Shown here: positions 36,535 to 44,708 of the stretch, one piece after another
Position numbering within the stretch: the stretch's first letter is position 1
How the letters are laid out: each line of letters opens with the position of its first letter
From: Candidatus Burarchaeum sp.
GTDB lineage: Archaea; Micrarchaeota; Micrarchaeia; Burarchaeales; Burarchaeaceae
Assembly: GCA_030646255.1 (NCBI GenBank)
Contig: JAUSNF010000009.1
Span: forward strand, 1 to 47,931
Length of the DNA: 47,931 nt
Direction: 5' to 3'
Position numbers and translations under genes: made by a program
Notes under the pieces: generated by a model
Databases searched by the model: none
Told to the model about the DNA's origin: nothing
The model's input: only the letters and a program-made list of their open reading frames with translations

Positions 36535-37800
36535 ATGCGCCTCATAGCCGACCTGCACCTGCACTCCAAGTATGCGCGGGCCACGAGCCCGAACATGAAC
36601 CTTGAAGGCATGAGTGCGGGCGCGAAGCTCAAGGGCATTGACATAGTGGCTACTGGGGATTTCACGCATCCGGTGTGGTTTGCGGAGCTGAAGGGAAATC
36701 TGAAGGAAGGCGAAAGCGGCACCGGCCTCTACAATTACAACGGCGTGAAATTCATCCTGCAGAGCGAGGTCAGCAACATCTTCTCAGTGAACAAAATTGT
36801 GAAGAAAATCCACCTCATTCTCCTCTCGCCCTCGCTCGAGATTGTCGCGCAAATCAATGAGGCGCTTGCAAAGAAGGGCAACCTCGAGGCCGACGGCAGG
36901 CCCATCTTCGGCATGAGCGCAGCCGAGACTGTCGAACTGGTGATGGGCATCTCGCGCGAGAATGTCGTAATTCCGGCCCATGCATGGACTCCCTGGTTTT
37001 CAATTTTTGGGAGCATGTCTGGATTTGACACTGTCGAGGAATGCTTCGGCGACCAGGCAAAACACATCTTCGCATTGGAAACCGGCCTCTCGAGCGACCC
37101 TGCAATGAACTGGAGGTTAAGCAAGCTGGATAAATATGCGCTCGTGTCGAATTCCGATGCCCATTCACCACAAAAAATGGGCCGAGAAGCAAACGTATTC
37201 GAACTGCAGAAGCCAAATTATTTCGAGATGATTAAAGCAATACGAGAGAAAAATGCAAAGAAGTTCCTCTACACAATCGAGTTCTTCCCCGAGGAGGGCA
37301 AGTACCACTATGACGGCCACCGCGACTGCGGCGTGTCCCTTTCTCCTGCCGAGAGCATAAAACTCAACAACATCTGCCCTGTCTGCAGGCGCAAGCTCAC
37401 CATTGGCGTGATGCACCGCGTTGAGGCTCTTGCGGACAGGCCTGAAGGTACAAGGCCGGCAGGTGTCATACCCTACAAGAGCATCGTGCCCCTGCACGAG
37501 CTCATAGCAAAGGCCATTGGCAAGAGCGAGGTCAGCACGAAAGTAAGTGAGCTCTATTCGGGCCTCGTGCCTGCACTCGGTAATGAGTTCGCGGTTTTGC
37601 TTGACGTGGATGTGGGCACGATAAGGCGTGCAACATGCGACGAGGTTGCAGATGCAATCCAACGCATGCGCGAGGGCAAGGTAGGTATGAAACCTGGCTA
37701 CGACGGAGTTTTCGGCGAGCTAGTGCTGGATGAGAAAGAAAATGCGGCGGCGGGAAGAGGTGAGCAGGCCCGCCGCCAGAAAAAGTTGGACGAATTTTAG
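36535..37800 (+). CDS. Endonuclease Q family PHP/zinc-ribbon protein
   Basis: ADLHLHSKYARATS, TGDFTHP, PAHAWTPW, ETGLSSD, SNSDAHS, GKYHYDGH, CPVC, GVMHRV, PGYDGVFG. Confidence 0.92.
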   Translation: MRLIADLHLHSKYARATSPNMNLEGMSAGAKLKGIDIVATGDFTHPVWFAELKGNLKEGESGTGLYNYNGVKFILQSEVSNIFSVNKIVKKIHLILLSPSLEIVAQINEALAKKGNLEADGRPIFGMSAAETVELVMGISRENVVIPAHAWTPWFSIFGSMSGFDTVEECFGDQAKHIFALETGLSSDPAMNWRLSKLDKYALVSNSDAHSPQKMGREANVFELQKPNYFEMIKAIREKNAKKFLYTIEFFPEEGKYHYDGHRDCGVSLSPAESIKLNNICPVCRRKLTIGVMHRVEALADRPEGTRPAGVIPYKSIVPLHELIAKAIGKSEVSTKVSELYSGLVPALGNEFAVLLDVDVGTIRRATCDEVADAIQRMREGKVGMKPGYDGVFGELVLDEKENAAAGRGEQARRQKKLDEF

Positions 37801-37910
37801 TCAGCTATTGGCTGGCCGCCCGCGGGTCCGCTAGGTGGCGGGTTGAATGGGAACGGAATGGGCGTTCTCTCCTGCCCTGGCCCAATCAACAGAAGCTTGA
37901 GGAGGTTCAT
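37797..37910 (-). CDS. Small Pro-rich peptide (37 aa), not in the ORF track
   Basis: GGGAGGT site; ATG overlapping the upstream TGA (ATGA); MNLLKLLLIGPGQERTPIPFPFNPPPSGPAGGQPIAD*. Confidence 0.5.
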   Translation of the reverse strand: MNLLKLLLIGPGQERTPIPFPFNPPPSGPAGGQPIAD

Positions 37911-38293
37911 ACAACCTCCCCGTCTTCAAGGAAGGACTTCAGCTTCTTCCGCGTGCTTTCCTTCTTCTGTGCAATCTCTTTCTTCTGCGCGCCCTCCTCA
38001 CCCATCACTTCCACGAGTGCGTCGGCAAGCGCCTCGAGCTCCTTGCCATATTTCTTGTCGAGCTTGGCCTTCACCTTTTCCTTCAGGAGCTCTGTCTTGG
38101 CCCAGTTCAGGAGCATCTCGCGATAGTCCATGCGCCCGCCTCCGAAGCCGTGCATGCGTATGTATAGCGTCCTGCCGCCCGCGCCGCCGCCCATTACGCT
38201 TCCAGAGCAGCAGCCTCCTTCCCTACCGCCGCTCCCGGCGCCGCAGCAGTCCTCATCGCCCTCGTCTGCATCGAATCCAATTCCCTGCACCAT
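37907..38293 (-). CDS. Hypothetical protein: Cys-Cys/Gly-rich N-terminus plus helical C-terminus
   Basis: GGAGTG site before ATG 38293; EDCCGAG...GGCCSG; KTELLKEKVKAKLDKKYGKELEALADALVE. Confidence 0.7.
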   Translation of the reverse strand: MVQGIGFDADEGDEDCCGAGSGGREGGCCSGSVMGGGAGGRTLYIRMHGFGGGRMDYREMLLNWAKTELLKEKVKAKLDKKYGKELEALADALVEVMGEEGAQKKEIAQKKESTRKKLKSFLEDGEVV

Positions 38294-38304
38294 TCTCTCA
38301 CTCC

Positions 38305-38356
38305 GACGTCCTAGTTGGACATCCCATATTGGGTATGCCATATAAATATTTAAATG
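38305..38356. promoter_or_regulatory. Divergent promoter with tandem palindromic operators
   Basis: GTCC-TAGTT-GGAC (38308-20) and CCCA-TAT-TGGG (38323-33) next to TATAAATATTTAAA. Confidence 0.6.
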
Positions 38357-38389
38357 TATTGCTCATCCAATAGTCTTCGAGGTATGCTA

Positions 38390-38707
38390 ATGGCCAAATC
38401 CTGCTTTGACATGTGCGACATGGAGATGAAAGGCTACCTCTCGTTCATGATGCTCTGGCTGCTCTCGAAGCAGGCAATGAGCGGCTCCCAGCTCGCCGAC
38501 GAGCTGGCCCGCAGGCGCGGCGGCCCGAGGCCCAATCCCGGCACAATCTATCCCGCACTCAAGGTGCTGCGCATAAGGCGCGCCGTAATCGTGCACGTGG
38601 AAGGCCGGCAGAAGGTCTACAAGCTCACAGACTACGGGCAGCAGGAGCTCGACAGGAATGTGCAGCAATTCTGCAAGATGTTCTACGACGTGTTTGCGCA
38701 GGAATAA
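38390..38707 (+). CDS. PadR family regulator with N-terminal Cys pair
   Basis: MKGYLSFMMLWLL, SGSQLADEL, PNPGTIYPALK, KVYKLTDYG. Confidence 0.88.
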   Translation: MAKSCFDMCDMEMKGYLSFMMLWLLSKQAMSGSQLADELARRRGGPRPNPGTIYPALKVLRIRRAVIVHVEGRQKVYKLTDYGQQELDRNVQQFCKMFYDVFAQE

Positions 38708-38989
38708 TCAGGCCTCTAAGCCAAGCTTCTCTTTTATAGTGTTTTTTATTTCCTGCGCTCTTCTCGGATTGAGTGAAACCTGCAAGCCGTAATGCGTCTG
38801 CTTCTTCAGGATAAGCCCGTCTTTCACGAGGCCATCCGCCGCCTTTTCCGCCCGCTTCATGCCTTCCCTTCCCATCGCGGCGGATTTGAACTGCCTGAAC
38901 AGGTGCTCGTACGCCGTATGACTTTCGCCCCAGTTCCTGCGGCGGGCGAGGGCCAAGAGCAGACGTGCACGAATTTCCTCATTATCCAT
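38708..38989 (-). CDS. Small basic hypothetical protein (winged-helix-like)
   Basis: WGESHT...LVKDGLILKKQTHYGLQVSLNP pattern. Confidence 0.7.
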   Translation of the reverse strand: MDNEEIRARLLLALARRRNWGESHTAYEHLFRQFKSAAMGREGMKRAEKAADGLVKDGLILKKQTHYGLQVSLNPRRAQEIKNTIKEKLGLEA

Positions 38990-39050
38990 AATTTTACATT
39001 GAAGTAAAGATTTAAATAATAGTTAGTTGCACATCTTGACGGAGACGACA

Positions 39051-39383
39051 ATGGAAAAATCAATACTTCTGTCCACGATCGGCGACACGCCCGCGAACCG
39101 CATAGCAGACTTCTTCATCGAGGGCCGGGGTATAGACTACACTAAGACAGACGTTGCAAATGCCTGCGGCATTTCGCGGCCTACGGCATACAAACTCATG
39201 GCCGTGCTTGCAAAAGACGGCTTTGTGAAAAAAACCCGCACGATAGGCCGCGCAGTCCTTTATACCCTCAACTTGGAAAACACGCGCGTCAAAGCACTGA
39301 TGAAACTGGAAACACTGCTGCTGGCGCAATCCTTCGAGGAGGTTGGGGCAAAGCCGAAAATACGCACAGCTGCCTCGGCATAG
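39051..39383 (+). CDS. Winged helix-turn-helix protein
   Basis: GDTPANRIADFF, YTKTDVANACGISRPTAYK, TRTIGRAVLYTLN. Confidence 0.82.
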   Translation: MEKSILLSTIGDTPANRIADFFIEGRGIDYTKTDVANACGISRPTAYKLMAVLAKDGFVKKTRTIGRAVLYTLNLENTRVKALMKLETLLLAQSFEEVGAKPKIRTAASA

Positions 39384-39407
39384 TCCTTCGGCTAGGGTTA
39401 GTAAAAG

Positions 39408-39522
39408 TGTCAGCAGCAGCGCGCGTTCCCGCCGCAAGGCAGTACAGGCAACGCCGTAAGCGGTCTTAGCTTCCGAGTTCGGAATGGGATCGGGCGTTTC
39501 CCCGCTCCTATGGCCGCTGACA
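39408..39522 (-). rRNA. rrf: 5S ribosomal RNA
   Basis: Reverse complement TGTCAGCGGCCATAG...CCCGATCCCATTCCGAACTCGGAAGCTAAG...GTACTG...GGGAA...GCTGCTGACA; terminal helix pairs. Confidence 0.93.
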
Positions 39523-39582
39523 AGGCATATTATGGACTAACTGGTTTTTAAACCTAATCTGCAGAAACCCATTCGTGATTCA

Positions 39583-39855
39583 ATGGCGGGATTGAAAAAG
39601 CTTGTACTTGACGTACTAAAGCCTTCTGAGCCTACGATAGTGGACATGATAAAAAAGCTGTGCGACATCGAGGGCGTTGAGGGCGTGGACATCACCGTGC
39701 GCGAGATTGACAGGCGCGTCGAGACCGTGAAAATAAAGATAGAGGGCGACAACCTTAACTTTGACAAGATAAACACCGCGCTCGACAGGTACGGCGCGAC
39801 GATACACAGCATAGACCAGGTGGCTGGCGGCAAGAAGCTCATCTCAGGTGACTAA
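39583..39855 (+). CDS. DUF211 family protein
   Basis: KLVLDVLKP, VEGVDITVREID, GATIHSIDQVAGG. Confidence 0.9.
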   Translation: MAGLKKLVLDVLKPSEPTIVDMIKKLCDIEGVEGVDITVREIDRRVETVKIKIEGDNLNFDKINTALDRYGATIHSIDQVAGGKKLISGD

Positions 39856-39894
39856 GCTGAGCAGCCAGCGCCAAACTTTTTCCGGGCGGTTTGA

Positions 39895-40515
39895 ATGACA
39901 TCAAGGATATCGAATTTCATAGGCAGCTTCAGACGCTATGAGCGGATAACTGGCATGAGCGAGATTGCGCGCCGCTATTTTGTGATGAATGCCTTTGACG
40001 GCGCGCTCACGATGTTCGGCCTAGTAACTGGCTCATATCTTGCAGGCGTGCGCGCCCCGATGCTTATTTTCTCAGTCGGCATAAGCACTGTACTGGCCAT
40101 TGGAATTTCAGGCCTCTGGGGCGCATTCCTCACCGAGACGGCGGAGCGCAACAGGGCGCTCAAAAGCCTGGAGAAAAAGATGCTCAGGAAGCTCACGGGC
40201 TCCTACCAGAGCGAGGCCTCTAATGCGGCCATTTATGTGACTGCTGCAGTGGACGCGCTCTCGCCCATGCTCGCGGGCTTTGTAATCCTACTTCCCTTCT
40301 TGCTAGCAGAGAAAGGAATGTTTGACATCTCAGAGGCCTACACGCTGGCCCTGGGGCTCAGTTTTGCAATCTTCTTCGGCCTCGGCGCCTTCCTGGGAAA
40401 AACCTCGAAGGACAGCTGGTGGCTCTACGGGCTCAAGATGCTTATGGCGGGCCTGCTGGCTGCGGTGCTGACTTTCGCCCTAAGCTATTCCGGCATCGTG
40501 GCTAGCACTGCGTGA
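39895..40515 (+). CDS. VIT1/CCC1-like membrane protein
   Basis: RRYFVMNAFDGALT, ISGLWGAFLTETAER, several TMs; follows DUF211 as in other archaea. Confidence 0.85.
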   Translation: MTSRISNFIGSFRRYERITGMSEIARRYFVMNAFDGALTMFGLVTGSYLAGVRAPMLIFSVGISTVLAIGISGLWGAFLTETAERNRALKSLEKKMLRKLTGSYQSEASNAAIYVTAAVDALSPMLAGFVILLPFLLAEKGMFDISEAYTLALGLSFAIFFGLGAFLGKTSKDSWWLYGLKMLMAGLLAAVLTFALSYSGIVASTA

Positions 40516-40565
40516 TTTTGGCATTGGCCTGCGCCGTTGCCCTCTTTCCTCGCTTCCCAATCTGC

Positions 40566-40886
40566 CTACTCGAGCATGAGCAGCTTGATGGCGCGCTCGA
40601 GCGCATGCTTCACTTCCGCCTCGCTCTTGCTGCCTGTGCAGATGACCTTGCCGTTCTTGAAAAGAAGCAGCGAAGCCTTGGGGTCCTTGAGCTTCAGGAT
40701 GGCGCCCGGGAACTGCTCGGGCTCGTACTCAACGTCTGTAACCTTCTGCGCTATGGAATAGAGATCGAGCTCAACGCCAAGGTTGGCGCTCGCGACAATA
40801 TTTTCAATCTTGAACGTCGGCTGAATCTTCCGCTTCTTGCCTGCGGGTGCCGTTGTCATTCTTGCAGCCTTTGCCTTTTTAGCCAC
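40566..40886 (-). CDS. Single-repeat (half) TATA-binding protein domain
   Basis: IENIVASANLGVELDL...EYEPEQFPGAILKLKDPKASLLLFKNGKVICTGSKS; 106 aa; GAGGTGG site before GTG. Confidence 0.9.
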   Translation of the reverse strand: MAKKAKAARMTTAPAGKKRKIQPTFKIENIVASANLGVELDLYSIAQKVTDVEYEPEQFPGAILKLKDPKASLLLFKNGKVICTGSKSEAEVKHALERAIKLLMLE

Positions 40887-40943
40887 GCTACCACCTCGGT
40901 ACCTTTATAAAGGGTTTTTAAAGGGTATATTAATAAAAGCTTA

Positions 40944-41510
40944 CTATGCATGCAGCCGTTTCCTTACCATCTGCTCAAGGACCTTGTCTATTCGAAGAAG
41001 TTTGCAAAATCCCTGCGCTATCAACATCCAAAGCAGACCAGACAAAACTATGCGAAGTTCGGAAGACTCTATCATGTTTAGTGTGAATATATTCATGAGC
41101 GAATCAAACAGTTCAGACGGAAATAGCATGCTGAGCCGCCACGCAGATATTATGAATATGCTTGATAGCACAATGCCGAGTCCCAAATAAATGGTGTAGA
41201 TCGCAATAGCGTCGACAAAAAACCAATCATATAGTTTCGAAGTCTTGTTCGCCAGCCAGTCAAAGCTTTCGCTTTTCTCATTTTTGTTCGCGCCTGAAGA
41301 GCGCCTAGCAGCTCTAAATGCAAAATATGCCACGATTATGAGTAATACGACAAAACCCAGGCGTTCGTTCCATTCGTTTCCTCCGTCAAAACCGCCCCCG
41401 AGAATGCGAAGGGTCCCTGATAGATTTTTTCCAAAGTAGATCACGATTACAAAAAAACTTAGGACGGCATAGATGATGAATGCTAGCCAAAGGGACCATT
41501 GACCTTTCAT
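40944..41510 (-). CDS. Hypothetical membrane protein (AT-rich)
   Basis: Four hydrophobic segments; start uncertain (41510 avoids the overlap). Confidence 0.6.
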   Translation of the reverse strand: MKGQWSLWLAFIIYAVLSFFVIVIYFGKNLSGTLRILGGGFDGGNEWNERLGFVVLLIIVAYFAFRAARRSSGANKNEKSESFDWLANKTSKLYDWFFVDAIAIYTIYLGLGIVLSSIFIISAWRLSMLFPSELFDSLMNIFTLNMIESSELRIVLSGLLWMLIAQGFCKLLRIDKVLEQMVRKRLHA

Positions 41511-41553
41511 ACAGTGGTTATTTGGAAATGTATTATTATGGCTTAGCAATATC

Positions 41554-42375
41554 TCAAACCCTGTCTGTCGGGCGCCTGTAGTCCCACTGGATTTCATTTT
41601 TATCAAACTTCAAAGCAGCCTGCTCTAAAGGCAGAAGGACGTTCTCCGCCACATCTAGGACGAATACTTTCCCTTCAGTGTTGGTATATCTGCACGAGAG
41701 GTAAGCACTCTCATGCTCATTTTCCTCCACGCTCACGGTGCCCATTTTCGTTCCTTTCCAGTTTTCCTTGAAAAGCTCAAAAAGCGCGGCGCATGCTAGC
41801 GTAAAATGCCTGGCCTTGCCGGCCTTATTTTTGATGAATCTGTCAAGCCAGATTGGTTCGCCGTCGTTAACCCTATTTGCTTCAATTATCGCGTCAGCCA
41901 TCTTTTGACCATTTTCGGATCGCATTTCTTTTCCGACTGTTTCATAAATCGCCCGCATAACCAGTCCCTCGGTCATCTTTTTATTTGCTGTGGCGTTTTG
42001 CACAACTTTTTTCTTTGCTATATCGTAAAGCCTCAGTATCTCAGACGGTTTATAGTTCAAATCTACTATGATGGTCTCCCAGTGGGCCGTAACATAAATT
42101 CCATTAAGTATGGGCGAATCGGGGCCGATATTTCGATGTGCATATGGCTTAGATGACGGCAAAAGCGTGCAGTTAGTCTCGGGTATCTTCCCGCCCTTCA
42201 TGTTCATGTCTGACGGATGTGACGGCAAAAGTCTGCAGTTGTCCGAGCCTGGCTCGGGCCTCACCTTATTATACTCACCTGCAATGAGCTCCTTTAGCCT
42301 TTTGGCCGCCTCTGGCTTCATGCCTGGCGGTTTCCCTGGACGTTCCCCTCCTTTCATTGCGCCCTTAGGATTCAT
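41554..42375 (-). CDS. Hypothetical protein with degenerate transglutaminase/EDR1-like domain
   Basis: LDRFIKNKAGKARHFTLACAALFE...GKVFVLDVA resembles the GxCRH-type fold; start probably 42375 or 42390. Confidence 0.55.
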   Translation of the reverse strand: MNPKGAMKGGERPGKPPGMKPEAAKRLKELIAGEYNKVRPEPGSDNCRLLPSHPSDMNMKGGKIPETNCTLLPSSKPYAHRNIGPDSPILNGIYVTAHWETIIVDLNYKPSEILRLYDIAKKKVVQNATANKKMTEGLVMRAIYETVGKEMRSENGQKMADAIIEANRVNDGEPIWLDRFIKNKAGKARHFTLACAALFELFKENWKGTKMGTVSVEENEHESAYLSCRYTNTEGKVFVLDVAENVLLPLEQAALKFDKNEIQWDYRRPTDRV

Positions 42376-42485
42376 ACTTAACTTCCTCATCCAGGACTTA
42401 AAAACCCACCACCCGCCGAAGCGCGCATATAAACCCTTTAAATAGTTAGCGTGCAGAATAACAGGCGAGAGGAGGGGCAGATTGT

Positions 42486-42764
42486 ATGCGACGTTCACTT
42501 GGAAAGCTATCGAAGAGGACCAGGCTTCTGCGCAGGCGGAGCCGCACATCGCTCAGCGTGAGTCAGAGACTCAAGCAGCTGGCGGTTGGAGATGAGGTGC
42601 ACTTGACTCACATGACGAGCAGGAGCATGCCGCACCCGCGCTACCGCGGGAGGACGGGCACGATCGTCGGCAAGCAGGGCAGTGCGTACTTGGTCAGGAT
42701 CGCGGACCACAACATGATTAAGAGGCTCGTCATAGAGGGCGTGCATCTCACAAAGGTGATATGA
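42486..42764 (+). CDS. rpl21e: 50S ribosomal protein L21e
   Basis: MRRSLG..SKRTRLL, GDEV, MPHPRYRGRTGTIVGKQGSAY, HL. Confidence 0.93.
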   Translation: MRRSLGKLSKRTRLLRRRSRTSLSVSQRLKQLAVGDEVHLTHMTSRSMPHPRYRGRTGTIVGKQGSAYLVRIADHNMIKRLVIEGVHLTKVI

Positions 42765-43285
42765 TGATTGGACGAAATATTGCGTCGGCAAGGCCGGCAA
42801 CAATTGCAGAGGTCGAGGCGCTGCTGCAGGCGCAGAAGGACGGGCGCGAGCTCTCATTCGAGCAGCAGACCACGCTCGACTATGCCAAGAAGGTCGCGAA
42901 GACCTCTTCAAAGAGCGCGCAATCGCTCGTGAAGGAGCTTGTGAAGCTGGAGAAGCTCACTCCCGAGGTTGCGTGCAAGCTCGTGGACCTGCTGCCTGTG
43001 AACAAGGAGCAGCTTACGGCCATAGTGTCAAAGGAGCGCTACACTCTGAGCGAGAAGGAGATTGAGCAGGTTCTTTCAATGCTTGCAAAGGCCGCCAGCG
43101 AGAGGCCGAGGTACAAGCCCGAGGAGCCTTCAGTTGACGAGGTTGGCTTGGCCGTCGATGTCGTCTCCGCAGCCGAGGCCCCGGAAGCAGCAAGCACCGA
43201 ACTCGAGAAGGAAGCGAAGAACGAGAAGAAGGAAGATGAGAAGGAAGCAAAGGGCGAGAAAAAATCAAAGAAGAAGGAAGACTGA
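42761..43285 (+). CDS. rpoF: RNA polymerase subunit Rpo4 (RpoF) with charged C-terminal tail
   Basis: ELSFEQQTTLDYAKK, ACKLVDLLP; conserved position after rpl21e. Confidence 0.88.
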   Translation: MMIGRNIASARPATIAEVEALLQAQKDGRELSFEQQTTLDYAKKVAKTSSKSAQSLVKELVKLEKLTPEVACKLVDLLPVNKEQLTAIVSKERYTLSEKEIEQVLSMLAKAASERPRYKPEEPSVDEVGLAVDVVSAAEAPEAASTELEKEAKNEKKEDEKEAKGEKKSKKKED

Positions 43286-43317
43286 GTTCGTGAATGTGTT
43301 GTACGGGGATCAGGTGG

Positions 43318-43911
43318 ATGAAAATGTTGCAGCTCGAGGAGAAGGCAGTTGTAATCGACTACCTGCCGCTTGGCAAGTCCACTGACATGACCAAGCAATC
43401 CATAGCGCAGCTGCTGGGCATGAGCTACTTCACGCTGCTCGAGGCCACGCTGAAACCCGCGAGCTCGCTTTCCATAGGTGAAGTCGTGAATGTGGGCAAG
43501 GAGAACCGGGACAAGGTGGAGCACATAAAAGGCCGCATAACTTATGACCAGCTTACCACGGGCGCCAAGAACGAGCTCAAGACTGCCATCAGGATTGTCA
43601 TAATGTCGCGCGAGCCTGACTTCGTGAACTTCTACAACAAATCGGGCGCGATTACGATGCGCGTAAACCAGCTCGCGCTCCTGCCAGGGATAGGCAAGAA
43701 GCACTTGGAAGCCATAATAAACGAGCGCGAGCGCAAGCCCTTCGAGTCCATGGCTGATATAACCAAGCGCGTTTCATTGCTGCCAGATCCCGCTAACTTG
43801 CTCGTGCAGAGGATAGAGCAGGAGCTGCACGGCGATGAGCAGCACTACCTGTTCGTAAGGCCTCCTTCGCACGCAATGGATCAGCCATACGGATCATTTG
43901 GAAGATACTGA
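43318..43911 (+). CDS. DUF655 family putative RNA-binding protein
   Basis: EEKAVVIDYLPLG, FTLLE, FVNFYNKSGAITMRVNQLALLPGIGKK, PFES. Confidence 0.9.
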   Translation: MKMLQLEEKAVVIDYLPLGKSTDMTKQSIAQLLGMSYFTLLEATLKPASSLSIGEVVNVGKENRDKVEHIKGRITYDQLTTGAKNELKTAIRIVIMSREPDFVNFYNKSGAITMRVNQLALLPGIGKKHLEAIINERERKPFESMADITKRVSLLPDPANLLVQRIEQELHGDEQHYLFVRPPSHAMDQPYGSFGRY

Positions 43912-43951
43912 TGGGGACGGGCAAGCGGGACTAACAGGAACGGCTGAGCTC

Positions 43952-44707
43952 ATGGAGCGGCGCGCAAAAAAGCTCGGGCAGTGCTTTCTTTCAGACTACA
44001 GGGTTATCGACCGGGAGATAGATTATGCCGCGCCCGAGGGCAAGACCATTCTTGAGATTGGTGCAGGCGACGGCAGGCTTACAATGCGGCTCGCCGAGAA
44101 GGCCAAGCACGTGATTGCGGTTGAGAAGGACGACCGCATGCTCGAGTTCCTGCTGCCCCTCGTAACACAATACCGCAACCTCGAAATCCTGCACGGCGAT
44201 TTCCTCGAGCTCGACTTTTCGGACAAGCGCTTTGACGTAATTTTCTCCAACGTGCCCTATGTAATTTCCTCTCCCTTGCTATTCAAGCTCGCAACCATGA
44301 GGTTCGACCGCGCGGTTCTCTGCCTGCAGAAGGAGTTCGTGGACCGCATGCTGGCAAAGCCCGGTGACAAGAAGCGTTCAAGGCTGTCAGTCATGAGCCA
44401 GCTGCACTTCGACGTGTGGGGCCTTGAGAGCGTGCCGCGCACTGCCTTCAAGCCCAGGCCCAAGGTGGATTCCACGATAATTGAGCTGCACCGCAGGGAC
44501 TTCCGGGCAACCGAATTCCAGTCAGAATTCATCAACAAGCTCTTCCAGCACAAGGTGCGCACTGTGCGCAGGGCCCTGCGCGATGCCTACGGCCGGCAAG
44601 TTTCAGAACTGAAGACAAACTTAGACGAGAGGCGCGTATTTTCACTAACCAATGAGGAAGTTCTGAAGCTTGCAAAGGAACTGGAACCGCTGCTTACTTT
44701 GACGTAG
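43952..44707 (+). CDS. ksgA: 16S rRNA adenine dimethyltransferase KsgA/Dim1
   Basis: KKLGQCFL, LEIGAGDG, VEKD, SNVPYVISSP, QKEFVDRM, SRLSV, FKPRPKVDS. Confidence 0.94.
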   Translation: MERRAKKLGQCFLSDYRVIDREIDYAAPEGKTILEIGAGDGRLTMRLAEKAKHVIAVEKDDRMLEFLLPLVTQYRNLEILHGDFLELDFSDKRFDVIFSNVPYVISSPLLFKLATMRFDRAVLCLQKEFVDRMLAKPGDKKRSRLSVMSQLHFDVWGLESVPRTAFKPRPKVDSTIIELHRRDFRATEFQSEFINKLFQHKVRTVRRALRDAYGRQVSELKTNLDERRVFSLTNEEVLKLAKELEPLLTLT

Positions 44708-44708
44708 A

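Noticed and set aside
40516-40565. Second TBP repeat hidden by frameshift or readthrough
   Set aside because: Only 50 nt before the convergent VIT1-like gene, with no TBP-like residues seen.
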